Shown in pieces: positions 1 to 9,700 of a stretch of 64,000 nucleotides of DNA; the stretch's first letter is position 1; each line of letters begins with the position of its first letter. A program made the translations under genes and the position numbers. Source of the stretch: Eledone cirrhosa (taxonomy: Eukaryota); NCBI GenBank assembly GCA_964016885.1, contig OZ024743.1, positions 93,558,001 through 93,622,000 on the forward strand, given 5' to 3'. The notes below the pieces were generated by a model, which made no database searches, was not told the DNA's origin, and was given only the letters and a program-made list of their open reading frames with translations.

Positions 1-110
1 TTTTATCCTTACGAGATTGATAAAATAAAGTACCAGTAATGCACTGGGGTCGATCTAATCGACTTTCCCCTCCTCCAAAATTGTTGGCTACATATGGGCA
101 CGTGGAAACA
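1..110 (+). mobile_element. 3' part of a tRNA-derived SINE (octopus-type family), cut by the window edge
   Basis: tttatcctt..gataaaataaagtaccag..cactggggtcgatctaatcgact..ccaaaattgttggc..gaaaca matches, from recall, the central domain and tail of an abundant octopus SINE. Its tail also resembles the reverse complement of 2949-3000 in this window. Family name not verified by search. Confidence 0.65.
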
Positions 111-910
111 GGTTGATTTTTTTTAAAGAAAATAAAATGACGCAAGGTAAATTCAAACTTATATGTAAGTGAAACAATTCTATACAGAATTAAAACTAAT
201 ATATGACATTTAATTTAGTAAAAACTTACTACCACTAGATAAGAAATTCATATCATTACTGATTAAATGGCAAGCTTTTATATAGTTGTTCTTCCTTGGG
301 AAGTTGCTACTACTAGCATCTATACTTAATTTTATAGAAGGTTGATTGATTATAGGTATGTGATGATGATAGTTGTAGGCAATGAGTTATGTAACTTATG
401 CTGAAGGATTTTTAGGACAAGGGTCAGAGATATTTCTAGAGTTATTTGACCAGACAATATTGCCTGGACGTATCAATCAATTCTCTTTGTTTCTTCTAGC
501 AACCAGAAGTTTTTTTTTGTGTGTAGAATATATTGAAAAGTTATAACTGGTTCAATCAGGAGGCCTACCACTTAAATCAATTGGATTAGCTTGTTCTTTG
601 TTAAGTATGGACGTACACTGAGTGTTCTTATAGTTGTTGCAAATTGCCAAAATAGTGGACAATGCTGGAAAAGTGGGATTTGTTTCAACAATGAAAATCT
701 TTATAAATCTCCCCATGTACCACCTGAAAGGAAATATGTCCTATCCTCATAAACTTTCTATGAAAGGAGAATGTGAATTGTATAACATGGAGTAAGTGAA
801 AGGACTGAACCTTAGTTTTATTCCATTTATAGGTGAACAAATACTTATATTTCATACTTGCTAGAGTAAAGAGGAGTTATTTCTTATTCGATATTTACAT
901 TTATCTAAAT

Positions 911-980
911 CAGGCATGAGCAACCCTTTTCAAGCAGTTAATTACATACAATATGGCTCATCATAAGGTGGGCTGCACTA
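911..980. mobile_element. Possible terminal fragment of a hAT/Charlie-like non-autonomous DNA transposon
   Basis: Starts CAGGCATGAGCAACCCTTTT, similar to hAT-Charlie-type termini (CAGGnnTGGGCAAC), preceded by tctaaat and followed by gggctgca. No matching second terminus was found. Confidence 0.25.
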
Positions 981-1030
981 CTAAAAAATTCAAGGCAATT
1001 TTGTAATTAGGCATGCATTCAGAACACATT

Positions 1031-1055
1031 TTTATTGCTATGGTATTATTTTATT
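1031..1055 (-). promoter_or_regulatory. Candidate polyadenylation signals (AATAAA) of the ABCG2-like gene
   Basis: tttatt on + at 1031-1036 and 1050-1055 (another at 817-822), 150-170 nt downstream of the stop on the minus strand. The region is AT-rich, so chance matches are likely. Confidence 0.25.
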
Positions 1056-1203
1056 TCGTTTACACACATGGTTTTTGTTTTATAGCAAATGTTATACCTT
1101 CTATATATTACTCCCTCCACTACAAACACACAAACCTAGTCTCTCCTCCATATGTTCTTAATATATATAATATAATGTAGCATAAGTTTTTAGTATTTTT
1201 CAT

Positions 1204-1366
1204 TCACTTAAATTTGTTTATTCGACGCAGTGTTATATAAGCAATAAGCATGGAGATTACACTTATGCAAGAGAGACCAACAACATTTAACCACAAATCC
1301 CAAGGTTCTTTGTATGGAATGGCCTGCTCATCAAGGTAAGCGTTACCTTTTATTTCATTAATACCA
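1204..1366 (-). CDS. ABCG2: Last coding exon of an ABCG-family half ABC transporter (ABCG2/BCRP-like): end of extracellular loop 3, last TM helix and C-terminus
   Basis: Translation GINEIKGNAYLDEQAIPYKEPWDLWLNVVGLSCISVISMLIAYITLRRINKFK* fits the ABCG2 C-terminal pattern G-x-x-YL-x-x-Q-x-I...PW-x-LW-x-N-x-V-x-L...IAY-x-x-L (human: TGEEYLVKQGIDLSPWGLWKNHVALACMIVIFLTIAYLKL). The acceptor tttttttctgtttcAG lies just upstream on the minus strand (AG at 1368-1367, phase 2). TGA stop at 1206-1204. The ORF-track N-terminus (MLCINYTT...) is intron read-through. Orthology to ABCG2 itself is not established. Confidence 0.88.
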
Positions 1367-1438
1367 CTGAAACAGAAAAAAATTGATGTAGTATAGTTAA
1401 TACAAAGCATTGTGAGATATATAATAAATGACTGATAG

Positions 1439-1666
1439 GTTTCAAAAAGCTGGTATAATGTGGTAGAAATATATAAAGAGCAAAGGAAGACTAATAAAAC
1501 AAAACAAAGTAATATTTTACCCAGTATGTTGAACTATACTGGATAAAACATTATTTTGTTTTGTTTTATTTGTCATCCTTTGCTTTCTATATATATCTAC
1601 TGCATTCATCATCATCATCATCATCATTTTACATCCGCGTTTCCCTGCTTCCCAGCTTTTTGAAAC
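1439..1666. repeat. Long inverted repeat (fold-back/MITE-like palindrome), interrupted by an insertion
   Basis: 1457-1527 matches the reverse complement of 1536-1606 at 61/71 nt without gaps, around an 8-nt loop (gttgaact). Outer arms 1439-1453 (gtttcaaaaagctgg) and 1652-1666 (ccagctttttgaaac) are a perfect 15-bp match. Confidence 0.92.
1607..1651 (-). mobile_element. Extremely 5'-truncated LINE 3' end with (ATG)n tail, inverted orientation
   Basis: The reverse complement reads aagcagggaaacgcggatgtaaa(atg)7, homologous to the 3' end of the + strand LINE (aagtgtggaaaaacggacataaaaaca(atg)n, 2788-2828). Confidence 0.75.
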
Positions 1667-2828
1667 TTAGGTGTAGAAGAATGGCTTGTGAAAGCAGTGC
1701 AAGCCATGTACAGAGGAGATTTCTGCAGTGTGAGTAGGAAGTGAATTAGTGAGGAACCCAAGGTACCGGAAGTAGTTCATCAAAGTTCAGTTCTTAGCCC
1801 TCTGCTTAGGATATCATAGTTCTCCAGGCCATAACAGATGAGTGTAAAACTGGCTGTCCAAGGGAACTTCTCTATGCAGATGATTTGGTCTTTATAGCTG
1901 AATCCATAAAAGAACTAGAAAATAAGTTCCGACTATGGAAATGGAATTTGGAATCAAAAGGTCTGAGAGTAAACTTTGCCAAAACTTAAGTGCTAGTGAG
2001 TAGGGAAGAAGATAGAACCCTGATCCCTTTAGGGAAGTGGCCTTGCTCAATATGTAGAAAGGGAGTAGGCATAAACTCCATACAATGTACACAATGTATA
2101 TCTTGGGTACACAAGGGATGTAGAGAGATAACAGGTAGACTAACAGGAAAGGAAGCCTTTGTATGTAGAAGATGCACAGCAGTAATTGAGATGAAGAGCG
2201 TCAGTGATATAAATCTCTTCAAGTCACAGGAAGGATTCACAGATGTAGTTGATAGCTTCTACTATCTTGGTGACTTAATTAGCAGTGGAAGGGGGTGCTC
2301 TGAGAGCATAATAGCTAGAATAAGGATAAGTTGGAAGAAGTTTACAGAGTTACTCCCTCAGTTGACAATAAAAGGCTGACTGTATGATGCCTGATGCTGC
2401 ATGGTAGTGAAACATGGACAGTGACTGCAGAAGACATGCATAAACTGGAGAGAAATTAAACAGTCATGCTTCATTGGATGTGCAATGTAAATGTGAGAGA
2501 AACGCAGAGCTTGGATGAACTGAGAGAGAAGTAGGGTTTAGGAGGAATCTGAGATGACATGCAGGAGAGAAGACTGCATAGGGACATGTGATGCGCATGG
2601 ATGATCACTGGGTGAGAAAGTGCCAAGAAATGCCAGTGGAAGGAAGCCACAGTAGAGGTAGACCAAGAAAGACATTGTCAGTAGTGATGCGAGCTGACCT
2701 AAAATTGTTGAGACTCACAGGGGAGATGACGAAGGAATGTGGTGAGTGGAGAAATGCTGTACTGAGAAGGACCCGTCCAACCCATGCAAGTGTGGAAAAA
2801 CGGACATAAAAACAATGATGATGATGAT
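1667..2828 (+). mobile_element. 5'-truncated, degenerate RTE-clade-like non-LTR retrotransposon (RT, PHD finger, C-terminal region, (ATG)n tail)
   Basis: Piecewise translation: LGVEEWLVKAVQAMY, VHQSSVLSPLL (from QGxxLSP), LLYADDLV (YADD at 1873-1884), KGLRVNFAKT, VVDSFYYLG, LHGSETW, GHVMRM, RGRPRKT; stop at 2807-2809; tail atgatgatgatgat at 2815-2828. Several in-frame stops, frameshifts and small deletions show it is dead. ORFs 1990-2379 and 2588-2809 are pieces of it. Confidence 0.93.
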
Positions 2829-2948
2829 ATGATAACATTTGAAACAAAAGGAATAAAAACAGCAACAAAACAGCTAGGAACTTGATGAGAATACGGAGAA
2901 CAATATAAGAACTAAAAAACAAACAATATTCATTACACAAAAAATACT

Positions 2949-3070
2949 TGTTTCTACATTTAGTATAAGGCCAGTAAATTGAAAGGAAATGGAAAGCTGA
3001 CTTTGGTGGGATTTGAACTCAGAACGTAAACGGACGTAACTATATGTCACAAAGCATATTGTCTAATGCT
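2949..3070 (-). mobile_element. Internally deleted tRNA-derived SINE remnant
   Basis: Pol III B-box GAGTTCAAATCC on the minus strand (3020-3009). The tail (reverse complement of 2949-3000: ..caatttactggccttatactaaatgtagaaaca) resembles the tail at 59-110. The central domain seen at 1-60 is missing. Confidence 0.6.
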
Positions 3071-3713
3071 CACAAAAAAATAATGAAATCAAAGCTTATC
3101 TAGAAAATTTATAAAACTTAATTTCCAAGACTCTGGCATCTTGTTCAGGTAAGGTCAGGTTTCTTCCTGTTACTGATACTATGCAACCCAGTACAACCTG
3201 CTTCATGGTTGAGTGGTCGGCAACTAACTGACTTGGACACCAGATCACATTATGCACAGATTGTCAAATTTGGGAATAAATTCATAACAATATATCATTT
3301 AACATAGATTAGTGATCAGTGATCCTAGGACAAAAACTAGATGTACTCTGAGACAAAAGACAATTTAGCAAAATATGAGAAAGAAAGATAAAAGCAAATT
3401 AAGTAATGAGAAAATGTGGAAGGATTAAGGAAGGGCAGATCTTGTTGTATGGGAAAGTAGAGGAAAAGACTATAAAAGCCATAAATGAGAGGAAAAGGAA
3501 GGGGAAAGCAAGGACTCTGGGGCCACAGAAGAAAGGGAGGGGAAGGGGGATATTGATGGGCTCTGGGCCTTAGGTGCAACAGTATTGGGGCTGCTCCCTA
3601 TGGACAAGACTGCAAAAGAATTTCCACGGACAATAGCAAGCAGCAGCCATCCCGCCTCGGAAAATAAGACATGAAAGCTGAAAGTCCTCAACCAGATGTA
3701 GTTTCAGAGAAGT

Positions 3714-6700
3714 ATTAATTTAGGCTGATAACAGGTGAGAGAGATAATAACTTATAGTATATTAATTTAGGCTGATAACAGGTGAGAGAGATAATAACTT
3801 ATAGTATATTAATTTAGGCTGATAACAGGTGAGAGAGATAATAACTTATAGTATATTAATTTAGGCTTATAACAGGTGAGAGAGATAATAATTTATAGTA
3901 TATTAATTTAGGCTTATAACAGGTGAGAGAGATAATAACTTATAGTATATTAATTTAGGCTTATAACAGGTGAGAGAGATAATAACTTATAGTATATTAA
4001 TTTAGGCTGATAACAGGTGAGAGAGATAATAACTTATAGTATATTAATTTAGGCTTATAACAGGTGAGAGAGATAATAACTTATAGTATATTAATTTAGG
4101 CTTATAACAGGTGAGAGAGATAATAACTTATAGTATATTAATTTAGGTATATAACAGGTGAGAGAGATAATAACTTATAGTATATTAATTTAGGTATATA
4201 ACAGGTGAGAGAGATAATAACTTATAGTATATTAATTTAGGCTTATAACAGGTGAGAGAGATAATAACTTATAGTATATTAATTTAGGTATATAACAGGT
4301 GAGAGAGATAATAACTTATAGTATATTAATTTAGGCTTATAACAGCTGAGAGAGATAATAACTTATAGTATATTAATTTAGGTATATAACAGGTGAGAGA
4401 GATAATAACTTATAGTATATTAATTTAGGCTTATAACAGGTGAGAGAGATAATAACTTATAGTATATTAATTTAGGCTGATAACAGGTGAGAGAGATAAT
4501 AACTTATAGTATATTAATTTAGGCTGATAACAGGTGAGAGAGATAATAACTTATAGTATATTAATTTAGGTATATAACAGGTGAGAGAGATAATAACTTA
4601 TAGTATATTAATTTAGGCTTATAACAGGTGAGAGAGATAATAACTTATAGTATATTAATTTAGGCTTATAACAGGTGAGGGAGATAATAACTTATAGTAT
4701 ATTAATTTAGGTATATAACAGGTGAGAGAGATAATAACTTATAGTATATTAATTTAGGCTTATAACAGGTGAGAGAGATAATAACTTATAGTATATTAAT
4801 TTAGGTATATAACAGGTGAGAGAGATAATAACTTATAGTATATTAATTTAGGTATATAACAGGTGAGAGAGATAATAACTTATAGTATATTAATTTAGGC
4901 TTATAACAGGTGAGAGAGATAATAACTTATAGTATATTAATTTAGGTATATAACAGGTGAGGGAGATAATAACTTATAGTATATTAATTTAGGCTGATAA
5001 CAGGTGAGAGAGATAATAACTTATAGTATATTAATTTAGGTATATAACAGGTGTGGGAGATAATAACTTATAGTATATTAATTTAGGTATATAACAGGTG
5101 AGAGAGATAATAACTTATAGTATATTAATTTAGGCTGATAACAGGTGAGAGAGATAATAACTTATAGTATATTAATTTAGGCTGATAACAGGTGAGAGAG
5201 ATAATAACTTATAGTATATTAATTTAGGTATATAACAGGTGAGAGAGATAATAACTTATAGTATATTAATTTAGGTATATAACAGGTGAGAGAGATAATA
5301 ACTTATAGTATATTAATTTAGGCTGATAACAGGATAGAGAGATAATAACTTATAGTATATTAATTTAGGTATATAACAGGTGAGAGAGATAATAACTTAT
5401 AGTATATTAATTTAGGCTTATAACAGGTGAGAGAGATAATAACTTATAGTATATTAATTTAGATATATAACAGGTGAGAGAGATAATAACTTATAGTATA
5501 TTAATTTAGGTATATAACAGGTGAGAGAGATAATAACTTATAGTATATTAATTTAGGTATATAACAGGTGAGAGAGATAATAACTTATAGTATATTAATT
5601 TAGGCTGATAACAGGTGAGAGAGATAATAACTTATAGTATATTAATTTAGGCTGATAACAGGTGAGAGAGATAATAACTTATAGTATATTAATTTAGGCT
5701 GATAACAGGTGAGAGAGATAATAACTTATAGTATATTAATTTAGGCTGATAACAGGTGAGAGAGATAATAACTTATAGTATATTAATTTAGGCTGATAAC
5801 AGGTGGGAGAGATAATAACTTATAGTATATTAATTTAGGCTTATAACAGGTGAGAGAGATAATAATTTATAGTATATTAATTTAGGCTTATAACAGGTGA
5901 GAGAGATAATAACTTATAGTATATTAATTTAGGCTTATAACAGGTGAGAGAGATAATAACTTATAGTATATTAATTTAGGCTGATAATAGGTGAGAGAGA
6001 TAATAACTTATAGTATATTAATTTAGGCTTATAACAGGTGAGAGAGATAATAACTTATAGTATATTAATTTAGGCTTATAACAGGTGAGAGAGATAATAA
6101 CTTATAGTATATTAATTTAGGTATATAACAGGTGAGAGAGATAATAACTTATAGTATATTAATTTAGGTATATAACAGGTGAGAGAGATAATAACTTATA
6201 GTATATTAATTTAGGCTTATAACAGGTGAGAGAGATAATAACTTATAGTATATTAAAATAGGTATATAACAGGTGAGAGAGATAATAACTTATAGTTTAT
6301 TAATTTAGGCTTATAACAGCTGAGAGAGATAATAACTTATAGTATATTAATTTAGGTATATAACAGGTGAGAGAGATAATAACTTATAGTATATTAATTT
6401 AGGCTTATAACAGGTGAGAGAGATAATAACTTATAGTATATTAATTTAGGCTGATAACAGGTGAGAGAGATAATAACTTATAGTATATTAAGTTAGGCTG
6501 ATAACAGGTGAGAGAGATAATAACTTATAGTATATTAATTTAGGTATATAACAGGTGAGAGAGATAATAACTTATAGTATATTAATTTAGGCTTATAACA
6601 GGTGAGAGAGATAATAACTTATAGTATATTAATTTAGGCTTATAACAGGTGAGAGAGATAATAACTTATAGTATATTAATTTAGGTATATAACAGGTGAG

Positions 6701-9700
6701 AGAGATAATAACTTATAGTATATTAATTTAGGCTTATAACAGGTGAGAGAGATAATAACTTATAGTATATTAATTTAGGTATATAACAGGTGAGAGAGAT
6801 AATAACTTATAGTATATTAATTTAGGTATATAACAGGTGAGAGAGATAATAACTTATAGTATATTAATTTAGGCTTATAACAGGTGAGAGAGATAATAAC
6901 TTATAGTATATTAATTTAGGCTTATAACAGGTGAGAGAGATAATAACTTATAGTATATTAATTTAGGTATATAACAGGTGAGGGAGATAATAACTTATAG
7001 TATATTAATTTAGGCTGATAACAGGTGAGAGAGATAATAACTTATAGTATATTAATTTAGGTATATAACAGGTGTGGGAGATAATAACTTATAGTATATT
7101 AATTTAGGTATATAACAGGTGAGAGAGATAATAACTTATAGTATATTAATTTAGGCTGATAACAGGTGAGAGAGATAATAACTTATAGTATATTAATTTA
7201 GGCTGATAACAGGTGAGAGAGATAATAACTTATAGTATATTAATTTAGGTATATAACAGGTGAGAGAGATAATAACTTATAGTATATTAATTTAGGTATA
7301 TAACAGGTGAGAGAGATAATAACTTATAGTATATTAATATAGGCTGATAACAGGAGAGAGAGATAATAACTTATAGTATATTAATTTAGGTATATAACAG
7401 GTGAGAGAGATAATAACTTATAGTATATTAATTTAGGCTTATAACAGGTGAGAGAGATAATAACTTATAGTATATTAATTTAGGTATATAACAGGTGAGA
7501 GAGATAATAACTTATAGTATATTAATTTAGGTATATAACAGGTGAGAGAGATAATAACTTATAGTATATTAATTTAGGTATATAACAGGTGAGAGAGATA
7601 ATAACTTATAGTATATTAATTTAGGCTGATAACAGGTGAGAGAGATAATAACTTATAGTATATTAATTTAGGCTGATAACAGGTGAGAGATAATAACTTA
7701 TAGTATATTAATTTAGGCTGATAACAGGTGAGAGAGATAATAACTTATAGTATATTAATTTAGGCTGATAACAGGTGAGAGAGATAATAACTTATAGTAT
7801 ATTAATTTAGGCTGATAACAGGATAGAGAGATAATAACTTATAGTATATTAATTTAGGTATATAACAGGTGAGAGAGATAATAACTTATAGTATATTAAT
7901 TTAGGCTTATAACAGGTGAGAGAGATAATAACTTATAGTATATTAATTTAGATATATAACAGGTGAGAGAGATAATAACTTATAGTATATTAATTTAGGT
8001 ATATAACAGGTGAGAGAGATAATAACTTATAGTATATTAATTTAGGTATATAACAGGTGAGAGAGATAATAACTTATAGTATATTAATTTAGGCTGATAA
8101 CAGGTGAGAGAGATAATAACTTATAGTATATTAATTTAGGCTGATAACAGGTGAGAGAGATAATAACTTATAGTATATTAATTTAGGCTGATAACAGGTG
8201 AGAGAGATAATAACTTATAGTATATTAATTTAGGCTGATAACAGGTGAGAGAGATAATAACTTATAGTATATTAATTTAGGCTGATAACAGGTGGGAGAG
8301 ATAATAACTTATAGTATATTAATTTAGGCTTATAACAGGTGAGAGAGATAATAATTTATAGTATATTAATTTAGGCTTATAACAGGTGAGAGAGATAATA
8401 ACTTATAGTATATTAATTTAGGCTTATAACAGGTGAGAGAGATAATAGCTTATAGTATATTAATTTAGGCTGATAATAGGTGAGAGAGATAATAACTTAT
8501 AGTATATTAATTTAGGCTTATAACAGGTGAGAGAGATAATAACTTATAGTATATTAATTTAGGCTTATAACAGGTGAGAGAGATAATAACTTATAGTATA
8601 TTAATTTAGGTATATAACAGGTGAGAGAGATAATAACTTATAGTATATTAATTTAGGTATATAACAGGTGAGAGAGATAATAACTTATAGTATATTAATT
8701 TAGGCTTATAACAGGTGAGAGAGATAATAACTTATAGTATATTAAAATAGGTATATAACAGGTGAGAGAGATAATAACTTATAGTATATTAATTTAGGCT
8801 TATAACAGCTGAGAGAGATAATAACTTATAGTATATTAATTTAGGTATATAACAGGTGAGAGAGATAATAACTTATAGTATATTAATTTAGGCTTATAAC
8901 AGGTGAGAGAGATAATAACTTATAGTATATTAATTTAGGCTGATAACAGGTGAGAGAGATAATAACTTATAGTATATTAAGTTAGGCTGATAACAGGTGA
9001 GAGAGATAATAACTTATAGTATATTAATTTAGGTATATAACAGGTGAGAGAGATAATAACTTATAGTATATTAATTTAGGCTTATAACAGGTGAGAGAGA
9101 TAATAACTTATAGTATATTAATTTAGGCTTATAACAGGTGAGAGAGATAATAACTTATAGTATATTAATTTAGGTATATAACAGGTGAGAGAGATAATAA
9201 CTTATAGTATATTAATTTAGGCTTATAACAGGTGAGAGAGATAATAACTTATAGTATATTAATTTAGGTATATAACAGGTGAGAGAGATAATAACTTATA
9301 GTATATTAATTTAGGTATATAACAGGTGAGAGAGATAATAACTTATAGTATATTAATTTAGGCTTATAACAGGTGAGAGAGATAATAACTTATAGTATAT
9401 TAATTTAGGCTTATAACAGGTGAGAGAGATAATAACTTATAGTATATTAATTTAGGTATATAACAGGTGAGGGAGATAATAACTTATAGTATATTAATTT
9501 AGGCTGATAACAGGTGAGAGAGATAATAACTTATAGTATATTAATTTAGGTATATAACAGGTGTGGGAGATAATAACTTATAGTATATTAATTTAGGTAT
9601 ATAACAGGTGAGAGAGATAATAACTTATAGTATATTAATTTAGGCTGATAACAGGTGAGAGAGATAATAACTTATAGTATATTAATTTAGGCTGATAACA

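Noticed and set aside
1367-1410. ATG start of the 68-aa ORF as a standalone small gene
   Set aside because: This part is the polypyrimidine tract and intron; homology begins after the AG at 1367.
1892-2940. Minus-strand ORFs 1892-2092, 1986-2240 and 2605-2940
   Set aside because: Antisense shadows of the LINE; the His run is the (CAT)n complement of the LINE tail.
3001-3070. tRNA gene
   Set aside because: Only a B-box is recognisable, with no cloverleaf; it is a SINE head.
3245-3290. Minus-strand peptide MNLFPNLTICA, faintly like the ABCG2 penultimate exon
   Set aside because: No acceptor AG upstream, an in-frame stop follows immediately, and there is no donor site.
3337-3691. Minus-strand ORFs 3337-3579 and 3470-3691 as upstream ABCG exons
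   Set aside because: The P/S/F/L-rich composition reflects the purine-rich + strand; no ABCG motifs or convincing splice sites.
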